DNA of 64,000 nucleotides, taken from contig JACPKP010000003.1 in the NCBI GenBank assembly GCA_016186955.1, positions 130,290 to 194,289 of the forward strand, in the 5' to 3' direction. Under the pieces are notes generated by a model, which saw nothing but the letters and a program-made list of their open reading frames with translations, did not search any database and was not told the DNA's origin. The position numbers and the translations under genes were made by a program. Each line of letters begins with the position of its first letter. Positions within the stretch are counted from its first letter, which is position 1. Positions 1-9,900 of the stretch are shown here, one piece after another. Origin of the DNA: Candidatus Daviesbacteria bacterium (GTDB lineage Bacteria; Patescibacteriota; Microgenomatia; Daviesbacterales; UBA10151).

Positions 1-3000
1 AGCCCTTGCAGAGCCGTAAGAATCAGTTGTTGTCTCCATATACAGTGGCCTTGCATTGCCTGAAGTAGGCAATCCTGTCGGATAAACCCATCCCTCTATT
101 GTATAAGCTGAAGCCCCTTTGCTGACACTGGAGGCAGGGTCAATATTTATTTCATCTACACGATTTAGGCCTTCATGAGCGCCACTGCCTAAAAAGGATA
201 ACCCGCCGCCATATTTACCTGTACTCCAGGTTGGGCCAAAATATCCATCAGGTGCAAAATAAGTACTGGTATGGTGGTTACCGGAGCTGTCAATAGGAAC
301 TAATCCGGAAGTTCTTTCAGAATAGGCAAGTAATTTGTATTCATCAAATCTCCAGTGAGTAAACGGTCCTGCACAGCTTGTACTATCCCCAGGAATACAA
401 TATTCCTGGTTGGCAGCCTGGACCTGGTAAGTTGAGTTGTCAGACAGCGCCCCCAAAACCTGAGACGCGCTTCTATTCATATCCAGCTTTACCTGATCTG
501 CAGTCAAAGCAGACCTGTAAACCTTTAGATCATCCAGATCCCCATTTAACTCATCTGTCCCATTGGCCCCATTTGAATCCCCAACATAAAAAGCCGCGCT
601 ATTAGCTAAAGTCCCGGTAGCTGAAATAGAGGTGTCCGGGGTGCCGTTGGCCAACCCGTCAACATACAGATCAAGCCTGGATGTCCCTGTTTTAGTAGCT
701 ACAATATGGTGCCAGCTAGTATCATAAACATCTTTACTGGAGCAGACTGAATCCTCTGGAAAGGAAGTGGTATCATCATCTATCCCAAAACAGACTTGAT
801 CTGAAGTATTTATATAAACAGCATAGCCTATACCATTGCTGGCTCCAGGCCCTTTATTTAAAATAAATTCATTGCCACCAGAGGGGTTAGATGAAGTATC
901 TGATTTAAACCACAAAGAAAAAGAGGCATCATCCGAAGCTGCAAAATCCAAATCACTATCATCTGCCCTGGATGCCCAAACAGCACCTGTCCCATTTAAA
1001 GCCTTTCCAAATTTACCAGAATCAGTAAACCCGCCAGTTGTGGTAGAGAAAGCCAAATCATTGCGGCTTATGGAATTATCACAAAAGTCATTGGTGCCGC
1101 CTGAGCAGGTATTTAATGCCCCTTCATCAAAATCCCATTGGGAAACAGGAGTGCCAACAGGTGAGCCTGGCGCCGGATGCCCGGCATTCATGTCTTCAAT
1201 AATTTGAGCCTGTGTCCTAGGGTAGTTATAGATTCTGATTTCATCAACTTTCCCATTTAAAAAGTTAGTTGCACAGTCGTAGCCTACGCAGAACTTATTA
1301 GCAGCACCATCATTAAAGGTAGCTGTGGAAGTTGTTTGCTGGTCTTGGACACCATCTATGTAAGCTGTAATGGTTGAAGTACTGTTTGAATCTACAGTTA
1401 CTACAACATGATGCCAAGTTTTAGTGGACATAGTTGCATTGCCATTAAGAGGATTAGATGAGTTTTGGTCAGAAAATTGCACTGTATTGAAATTTAGTCC
1501 TAAACTCCAATTGCCATTGCCATGACTAAGAATCCTTGTAGTTTGATTAGCTGTATTTAAATAAATCCAAGCTTCAATAGTAAAATTTCTATTAAAAAGC
1601 ATAGTTGTATCATTTGATGAAGTTGCAAAACTTTGATTAGACCCATTAAGTGAAGTTGATCCGCCATACTTACCAGGAGCCCAGGCAGGAGAGTTACTAG
1701 CTGCCAATGTCAGGCTGTTACCTGAGGAATCAAAAGCACTAGTCCCACTTTTTTCCTCCATCTTCCAATACCCCACTGGCCCTGGGGCAAAGTTATACAG
1801 CTGGGAAACTTCAGCAGGGGAAAGGGCTCTGTTATAGAGCCTCACCTCATCCATTTTACTGGTATTAGTTAAAAAGTGGTTTGAGCCATCATTAGTTAGT
1901 CCTGCTGCAAAAGCATTAGCATTAATACCAGTACCAGTAGTAATTGTGACTAAATTCCAGGAAGAAGCAGTCAAAGTCCCATTTAAGACCCCATTAACAT
2001 AAATAGAAGGAGTGGTAAAACCAGTGGCAGTAAAGGTTCCTGAAGAGGAAGTAATATAAGCGGAAGAGTTAATTAAATTGACAAAATAGTTGGTGGTATC
2101 TGGGGTATTTACCCAGAAAGAGACAGTTTGGATACTATTTATAGCTGTTGCAGTATTTAAATATTGGGTTGTGCCATTGAAACTCCCGGCATTGCCAAAT
2201 TTTCCTGAGGCATAAGTAGTAACACCATTATTAGTTAGAGTAGTGCCATTGCCGGAAGAATCAGAAGCATTTCCAGAACTCTCATCCATCTTCCAATACC
2301 CAACCAGCCCATCTGCTAAGTTTGCATTAGGATCACTGCCAAATCTTACTCCTGCCCCCTCATTATTTGCCCTGGCATTATAATCAGCTTGGATTTGAGA
2401 AACAGTCCTTGCCTGAGGGTATACTTTCACTTCGTCTATAAACCCGAGCCACTCATTAGAAGTCCCATCTAAATCTACCCCTACATAAAATGTCCCGGTA
2501 TTTGCTAAGGTGCCTGTAGCAGCAATAGATGCATCTTGTGCCCTTTGTCTACCATCTACATAAAGGGTAATTGAGGTAGTTCCAGATTTTACCCCTTGCA
2601 CCAAATGCCACTTATCATCATCAAACTCTACAGCAGAGGTGCAAGCAGAATCAGTATTAGTCCCATCAGAGACATCAAAACAATAATCTCCTGATGCATC
2701 CTGATATAGTTTGTAACCTGTGTATCCGGTTTGAGCCTTTGTGATAATAAAATTATTAGCGCTAGAGGCCCCATTTCTTTTAACCCAGGCCTGGATTGTA
2801 AAATTATCCGCTGCCACAAAGTCTAGTTTTGCATCATCGCTTTTTGAAACATTATCATTATTGGTCCCATCAAAATATAAACATTTTCCTGCAACACACA
2901 TATCTTCTGTCCTCCAGTTAGTAGAATCAGACACTGTTCCATCTAAGTTATTAGAAGTAGAATCCTGGGCGGTTGTCCCTTGGGCATCATCAAATTGATA

Positions 3001-3936
3001 GTAAAGGATAGGTGAGGGAGCTTTTTCTTCTGAGGCAAATGTGCCCTCAGCGCAACCATTACCACAAGCTGTATGGGCGAGTGTTGTTGATCCAATGGTT
3101 GCAGAAGGATTGCCATAATACATATATATATTGAATGGAGCAACAGGCATGGTATCAAACCCGACATTAATAACAGTTGTAGCAGAGTCACAACCTGAGA
3201 CAATTTGATAGGGAAGTATCTCCCCATTTTCCTTAGTAAACCTTAAGTCGTCACAATCTGCTTGGAGCTTATCTGTAGTTAAGCTAGCAGTATCAACAGA
3301 GATTGGATTGTAGACATTAGTTTCTGAGGCTGTGTGGGTATCTATTGGTATCCTTTGCCTATACGCCCAGTTATCATCAAACCATACAGCTTGAGCAGAT
3401 TTAGCCCATGGACCAAACAGATACAACAGCCCTGAGCCTGAGAGGGTCAGGAAAACTATTAAATAGGTGACCAATGCCCTTTCAGTGAGTTTAATAAAGC
3501 CTGCCTGACTCCACCTCGGCCGTGCGTCGCCAGAGGCTTTGCCGGCGGCACGAGGAGTCCACTTCGCTTCGCTTCGGGCCTCCTGGGTCTCCAATGGAGA
3601 CCCGTTCGCACTTCGTGCAGAACCCATCCGAGGTGTTTCCCCTTCGTCATTGCGAAGCCCTTGTACCGTCTGGTACAGGGCTGTGGCAATCTTGTTAAGT
3701 TTCTGATAAACTGACAACTGTTGTGGGCCTGCCGGGTGGGGAGACGGGCCTCTCAAGTCTGCTCTTAGGGGTTCAACTCCCCTCAGGTCCACGGCATTTG
3801 TATTATCTAGCTCATTGACAGAAGGGGTTAATTGTGGTAGTATATTGTTACTTGAGAGGCCCTTTCCGAACTCGGTAAGAGCGCCTAAAACCGCTTCGCA
3901 AGAGGCGGTTTTTTGGTGGGAAAAATCTTTAATCAC
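1..3936 (-). CDS. Large surface protein, DUF2341-like domain plus repeated LamG/concanavalin-like domains (partial, runs off the window start)
   Basis: Missing from the ORF track. Manual translation: GTG at 3936 preceded by AAGGAGGT and overlapping the upstream TGA (GTGA). Hydrophobic anchor ALVTYLIVFLTLSGSGLLYLF, then WFDDNWAYRQRI..DCDDLRFT (DUF2341-like) and repeated G.VGYWKM.E..G..A.DSSGN LamG starts. Frame spot-checked open; the true start could be further downstream. Confidence 0.85.
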   Translation of the reverse strand, partial: MIKDFSHQKTASCEAVLGALTEFGKGLSSNNILPQLTPSVNELDNTNAVDLRGVEPLRADLRGPSPHPAGPQQLSVYQKLNKIATALYQTVQGLRNDEGETPRMGSARSANGSPLETQEARSEAKWTPRAAGKASGDARPRWSQAGFIKLTERALVTYLIVFLTLSGSGLLYLFGPWAKSAQAVWFDDNWAYRQRIPIDTHTASETNVYNPISVDTASLTTDKLQADCDDLRFTKENGEILPYQIVSGCDSATTVINVGFDTMPVAPFNIYMYYGNPSATIGSTTLAHTACGNGCAEGTFASEEKAPSPILYYQFDDAQGTTAQDSTSNNLDGTVSDSTNWRTEDMCVAGKCLYFDGTNNDNVSKSDDAKLDFVAADNFTIQAWVKRNGASSANNFIITKAQTGYTGYKLYQDASGDYCFDVSDGTNTDSACTSAVEFDDDKWHLVQGVKSGTTSITLYVDGRQRAQDASIAATGTLANTGTFYVGVDLDGTSNEWLGFIDEVKVYPQARTVSQIQADYNARANNEGAGVRFGSDPNANLADGLVGYWKMDESSGNASDSSGNGTTLTNNGVTTYASGKFGNAGSFNGTTQYLNTATAINSIQTVSFWVNTPDTTNYFVNLINSSAYITSSSGTFTATGFTTPSIYVNGVLNGTLTASSWNLVTITTGTGINANAFAAGLTNDGSNHFLTNTSKMDEVRLYNRALSPAEVSQLYNFAPGPVGYWKMEEKSGTSAFDSSGNSLTLAASNSPAWAPGKYGGSTSLNGSNQSFATSSNDTTMLFNRNFTIEAWIYLNTANQTTRILSHGNGNWSLGLNFNTVQFSDQNSSNPLNGNATMSTKTWHHVVVTVDSNSTSTITAYIDGVQDQQTTSTATFNDGAANKFCVGYDCATNFLNGKVDEIRIYNYPRTQAQIIEDMNAGHPAPGSPVGTPVSQWDFDEGALNTCSGGTNDFCDNSISRNDLAFSTTTGGFTDSGKFGKALNGTGAVWASRADDSDLDFAASDDASFSLWFKSDTSSNPSGGNEFILNKGPGASNGIGYAVYINTSDQVCFGIDDDTTSFPEDSVCSSKDVYDTSWHHIVATKTGTSRLDLYVDGLANGTPDTSISATGTLANSAAFYVGDSNGANGTDELNGDLDDLKVYRSALTADQVKLDMNRSASQVLGALSDNSTYQVQAANQEYCIPGDSTSCAGPFTHWRFDEYKLLAYSERTSGLVPIDSSGNHHTSTYFAPDGYFGPTWSTGKYGGGLSFLGSGAHEGLNRVDEINIDPASSVSKGASAYTIEGWVYPTGLPTSGNARPLYMETTTDSYGSARA
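3511..3691. repeat. Cluster of palindromic REP-like elements
   Basis: CACCTCGG/GAGGAGTCCA/CCGAGGTG motifs, CGCACTTCGTGCAG (also near 42972) and GTCATTGCGAAG...GTGGCAATC, matching repeat families elsewhere in the window. Confidence 0.65.
3725..3791 (+). ncRNA. tRNA-like RNA (anticodon CTC, Glu) with reduced D-arm
   Basis: Acceptor GGGCCTG/CAGGTCC plus discriminator A. T-arm AGGGG-TTCAACT-CCCCT. Anticodon arm CGGGC-CTCTCAA-GTCTG. Only 13 nt in place of a D-arm; no encoded CCA. Confidence 0.6.
3815..3843 (+). promoter_or_regulatory. Sigma70 promoter of candidate sRNA
   Basis: TTGACA-17 nt-TAGTAT with TG extension. Confidence 0.7.
3850..3914 (+). ncRNA. Candidate ~65-nt sRNA
   Basis: Lies between a consensus promoter and an intrinsic terminator; first 13 nt ACTTGAGAGGCCC are the reverse complement of 3746-3758. 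Confidence 0.55.
3887..3914 (+). terminator. Intrinsic terminator
   Basis: AAAACCGCTTC-GCAA-GAGGCGGTTTTTT. Confidence 0.75.
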
Positions 3937-6900
3937 CTGCTTGAGACCTCCTTTCCTATAATCAGGTATGAAAACTTAATGTCTTTGGTTTGGGGCAGGG
4001 GAGCCTTGACCACAAACCCCGCCCCGTCTACTTTATCTGTGATTGCCAAAGTTTGGGTGGTTAAAGTTTCAGGGGTTAAGATGACTATGGAATCCGGTTT
4101 TACCAGGTTGTTAAACACTGCAAGTTCTGTTTCTCCTGCAGGAAAAATTGCCGTACCTGAGGATTTGTCAGTCACCTTCACCTGATCTGCAATTAAAGTT
4201 TGAACTTTAAGCGTCCCATCTTTTTCAATAGTTACTTTGCCGTTGAAAATATCAATTTTTTCTGCCAGGGGGGATGTTTGCAGGTAAAGCGTGGGTAGGG
4301 CATTGACCCGGGAGCCGTCAGTGATGGAAAATATCCCGTCAACGACCAGGTCACCGGAGATGAGGGTGTTGGCAAGGGATGATTCGCCCAGCGCTTTTAA
4401 ACTATCAGAGATTGTGACTTCCCCGGCGCTAAGCTTTAATGTAGAGATATCATTTGATACATTTAAACTGGTGGCTGATAGCTTGGCTGAATCAGTTGTC
4501 AGCAATATTTCAGGGGGAGTAAGTTCAAGCTGGTTTACCTCCGGGGTGTTGCTTGCCAACAGCTCATCTATCTTTTGGGAGAGGGAGGCCAGATTTGCAG
4601 AGGTGGAAGCGATTTTTTCACCCAGGGTTTGCGAGTGGCTGACTGCTTCCTCAGACAGGGATTTTACCTGGGCTAAGTCTGACTTGGCCTGCGCAAGCTC
4701 AGCGGAATTTGATGCCTCAGCTGATTTTAAACTTTCAGTCTTGGCAGCAATTCCCAAAATATCACTGCGGAGCGAAGTGATAGAATCTTTCTGTGAAGCT
4801 AAAGTCCCAACCATAGTCAATAAGGCATAGTCTAAAGAAGTCTCATCCTGAGCTTCTCCATTGTCATCCTGAGGTATAGCCGAAGGATATAATTGTGAGT
4901 TTATACCCTTCACTCCGTTCAGGGTGACAATAATATTTGGATCTAAGCTGATAGATTTGGCTGAAACCTTGGGAAGTATCAATGTTCCATCGCTGTCAAG
5001 CAGCATATTTGCCAGCACATTGGCAGGATCGGCAAAGGAGATATTGACAAAGGCCATTATTTTGCCCATTTTCAATTTACAATTTTCAATTTCCAATGAA
5101 TTTCCATTTTGACAATTTTCAACATCCCCAAAATCCTCCAGCGCTTTTCCCACCACCTGCCCGGGCTGGGTGGCTCTCATTGCCACCCCTGGTGTGGAAG
5201 AAGAAGTTAAATAATCTCCTCTGTGGATTGGCCCATTTTCAGCTGAAACTTTTGTTGGCACCCTGCCTGAAAGCGCTACAACCACTGGTTTATCATCAGC
5301 ATTAAATACATCTTTGCTCAAGCTATAAAAGACTGGATTTGTTGAGATAATACCGATAATTTGTGGCTGGTAAGATTGGGTATTTTTAACAACGTAAGCT
5401 TTAGAGATTTGGCCATATCTGTCGTGCACCTCTTGGCTGGCTGATTTATTTGGGTCAATCACTACTAAATCACCAGCTTCCAACGTTCCATCAGAGCCAT
5501 AATATTCCCCTAAATCTCCGGCCCCTGCCTGGTTACAATCCCCAACATCCTGTACCCCTGTTGCCCCGTCTGTGCCATTGTGGCAAAGCCATTCAGTGTA
5601 GGTAGCAGTATCAGATAAATTAATATTAAACGCAGCAGCGCTGGCAGCAATCAAGTCTGAGCCGTCCCCCAGTTCCAAAGTGGCAGTGCCATTAGCGCTT
5701 CTGTAAAAGGCAATATTATTAGCAGTTGTAGCATCCGTTCCCCACTGGATACCTGTTGCTACAGTCTGGGTTCCAAAAGTGCCATCACAGTCAAAACAGA
5801 CACCATAATTATTGTCTGCAGCGGTCTGTGGCGCTAAATAAATTCCGTATTTGATTGAAGTGCCTGTTCCGGAAGATGTGCCATCAGCAACATATAATCC
5901 ATATTGGTTGATTGTCCCGTCTGTTGTCAGCGTGCCTGTTGTTGTGATATATTCCCCGTAAACATTAGTAGTGGAACCGGTTGTGGCTGTGGTGGAAGAG
6001 GGGGCTAGATAACTGCCATAAAGGTTGACAGTTCCACCGGTATTGGCAGCTGCCACAGCTGGTTGCGACCTTAAACCAAACACATCCCTGGTTCCGGTTG
6101 AAATAATGCCTGTTACAGAAGTGGCAGCATCTATAGCTGTCAATCCTCCTGAGCCAGCTGAGAAAGTTTCAGCTGTGGTGGATGATGAAGTTACAGTTGA
6201 ATAGATACCGGTCCCTTTTTTATTGGCATTGCCTGTTAAAGCCAAACTTCCATAATACCCATAATCAGTATTAGCCAAAGCCGTAGCATCTGTAGCCACA
6301 TTTTTAATGCCATTCCCGGTGGTCGCAGAACCTGCGCTAAAGTCTGGCGCCAGGTAAAGCAACGATCCTTCAGTGCCGGCAGATCCCACATCAGAGGCAA
6401 TTTTAACAAAGCCTGAGGAAGTACCGGAAGTTACCCCGGTTGAAGTAGGGCCAACTATGCTTAAGGCAGAACCGGTGGTTACAGAAGAAGCTGTAATAAG
6501 CTCACCAATACCGGTGGCAGTGGCTGTAGTCAACCCTAAAGCATTACCGGTATGGGCAGCTGATGCATTAATGTAAACCAACCCGTTAGTTAAGGCTCCG
6601 GTGGTGGAAGAATTGACATTTAAACCATTTCCGCCACTTGCCAGTGAGTTAGCGGTAATGTTGACAGCGTTACCGGCAGAAGTATTGACACCAGTCACAT
6701 TTAGTACATTTCCTGCTCCGGTTGTGCCTGATCCTACAAAAGTGACTAAATTACCGGTATATCCTGTGGTTGTACCTGTTTGGGTAACATTTAACAGGTT
6801 GGAGGTTGTTTGGCTGGTATTGGAAGAGGATATTTTAAGGCCAGTACCTGTGGTAATAGCATCAAATTGCATATTAAAACCAGTGCCTGTACTCAAGACT

Positions 6901-9900
6901 CCATTAGTCAGGTCTACTGATGTCCCAGTTGTAGCAGCTGTGTCAAACACCACTGTTCCCTGGTTAAAAGTTTTTAGTGTTAAATCAGAGGAGTTAAAGG
7001 TTTCCCCTGATTGCACTGTTAAAGGAGCAGCGCTCTTTACAAAAGAAGAGGTAGGGTTGGTAAAGTTCAGGTCATAAGCTACAGATAAATCCCCGGCAGC
7101 TGTAAAATTGGCAGGTAGTGATGTAGTAAATTGCTGTTGTGATACAGAAAAAAGACTTGAAGAGTTACTAACAAAGTTTAGGAAGTTTAATGGATTATTG
7201 ACGCCGTTTGAACCAATATTTATCTTAAACAGGTCTCCGGTGGCTGTCCCGGTTACTGTTGAACCCGGAGTCCAGTCTAAATATAGGAGATTACCGGAAG
7301 TCAAACCTGTGGAGGTGGTAGAAATATCAGCAAGCTTTCCAGTAGTAAAGGAATTCGCGGCCACCTGGACATTTAATAAATTCCCGGTTGACAGGGAAGT
7401 GGATTGTAAATTAACCATCCCGGTAGTATTGACTCCTGCACCAAGTGTAGTAATGGTATTGTTTGTCAGTTGCAGAGAGGGGACAGTGTTAGAATTATCA
7501 GTCAAGTCCACAGACCCTTGGGCTGTTTTAATGGCATAATTTGTGGTTGAGCCGGATACTGCAGCAATATTGACTCCGGTATTGGTAGTGCCGGCGCCGG
7601 AGATTGCCCCAATATTTATTCCATAATTTGTAGTGGCAGTTGCAGAATTTGCGCCGATATTGACTCCAGAGGATTGGGTTCCAGCCCCGGAAATAGCCCC
7701 AATATTTACTCCTCCAAATGTGGCAGTAGCGGCTCCTGCTGTTGTTCCTAAATTAGCCTGGTAAGAAGTAGAGCCGGAAGTTGCAGTGACAGTGCCTGTC
7801 ACTATGCCCTGATCCCAACCGTTACCAATATTAATAGCTGTTTCAGTCCCGGCGCCAGGGGTAATTGCGCCAATATTAATACCATTTAATGTTCCAGCTC
7901 CTACTCCTGAAGCTACAATACTTACTCCATTTTCGGTGCCGCCAGTGGTGATCGAACCTGTTGCAATTCTTATACCATTTGCTGTTATTGTCCCTGTTGT
8001 TTGTGTAATAGCAGGGATAGTAAAATTGAGTCCCGACCAAAGTATGGTACCCGCAGCAGTATTCTGGGTTAAAGCTCCAGGATTTGTTAAGTTAAAACCA
8101 CTCCAAGTGAATTGTGAGGTACCTTGATTGGTGACAGCGCCTGTATTTGATACAGAATATCCCAGAAAGGTATGATCATTATTTCCAGTTTCGGTAGCAG
8201 CAGGAAGGTTAGTGCGGTAAGCTACTAAAGTTGAAGCTGTCCCGACAAGTGGTGTAACGTTGGTTTGCAGGTCTAAATTAATCCCTCTGTATGTGCTGCT
8301 TAGCAATGTAGACGCGCTGCTGAAGCTGCCTTCTATTAAGCTGGTAGTTCCGCTGGATTGACCTGTTGGGTTGATAAATTCAATACCCACATCCCAGCCA
8401 TTCGCTATATTAATAGCTGTTTCAGTCCCGGCGCCAGGTGAAGAGATTGCCCCAATGTTTACTCCATAAAGAGTTGTACCTGTTGCAGCAGTATTGGGTG
8501 AGAATTTAAAGCCTGAGAAGGTTCCGGAGGTGGCTAAAGTTGTGCTTGAGCCATCAACAAACAGGCCGTTTAAAGAGGCTGTGCCGGCTGTGCCGGTTAA
8601 ATTACCGGTGGTAACTTTAAGGCCTGAACCTGTTACAGTTGAACCGGCAAAGTTATCTGTTAAGGCTGGTACTGTTACATCTACCCCAGACCAATTGTCT
8701 GTGCCTGCAGCTGTAGTTTGGGAGAGGGCGCTGCCTGTAACAGCCAATCCTTTGTAGTTATAAGTCCCTGAACCGGTATTAGTCACTGATGGGTTTAAGG
8801 TTAAACTGATACCAGTGATGGATTGGCCTGTGGCTGTGACATTAGTTGAGGTATCTATTGCCTGGCCTGTTAATGCCCCTGCTAAAGTAGCTGCTGCCCC
8901 ATAAGCAATATTTGATATAGTTCCGGAGGTTTCTGTAGCATTTAGATCCAGTAATTTTCCTGAGGTGGCAGTAGAGGTAATGTAAGCTGCAGTGCCTGTG
9001 GTTAAAGCTGATGCACTGATAACAAAAGAGCCGGTGGTAGTTGTTCCTGTAGTATTGCCTGAATCAACCACCACTGAGCCCTGGTTAAAGGTTTTTAGTG
9101 TGAGATCTGAGGAATTAAAAATTTTGCCTGACTGGATAGTGATAGGAGCAGCGCTTTTAATGAATGAAGTGGTTGGATTAGTAAAGTTAATGTCATAAGC
9201 TACAGATAAATCCCCGGCAGAGGTAAAGCTTGAGGGAAGGGAGGTAGTAAATTGGGTCTTTGATACAGAAAAGACTGAGGAGGAGTTATCAACCAGGTTT
9301 AAGATATTGCCTGTAAAATTGGTGGCATTTGCCCCAAGATTTAGCCTCAATAAATCACCAGTAGGTGAGGTGGAAGGGGCAGAGGATGGTGTGTAGTCTA
9401 AATAATTTAAATTGCCAGTCCAGGTTGCAGTACCTGTGTAGGATGAGGAAAGCAAAGACCCGGTAGTTAAAGCGGTCGAAGATGAGGATAAGCTTAAGGC
9501 CAGTCCAGAACTTAAGCCATTGCCGGTGATTGCAGCCAAAGTACCGGTGTTAGCTGAGTTGGCTGTTAAGTTAAAAATTCCTGTGCCTGTATAAACTCCG
9601 GTATTAGTTATAGCTAAATCAGCGCCGGTTGTAGTGGTATTGGCAATTGACACTATATCATTGGCAGTAGCGGGGGATAAGGTAGTGCCAGTTCTTGACC
9701 AGTAACCAATAGCGCCGGATGTTGGAGCTGTGCTGGTTAAGTTTTTAGAGGCATCTGTGTAAACTGCAGATGAAGCAGAAAGTCCTTGGATATTAACATT
9801 CCCTCCGGCAAAGTAAGCAGCATAATTGGTGTCAGCTCCGGTTGGGGATTCTACATACAACCCATACTTGGTAGATGTGCCATTAGTAGAGGAAGTCCCG

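Noticed and set aside
3725-3791. Canonical tRNA-Glu or tmRNA
   Set aside because: D-arm too short and U8/A14 absent for a standard tRNA; no tag reading frame or length for tmRNA
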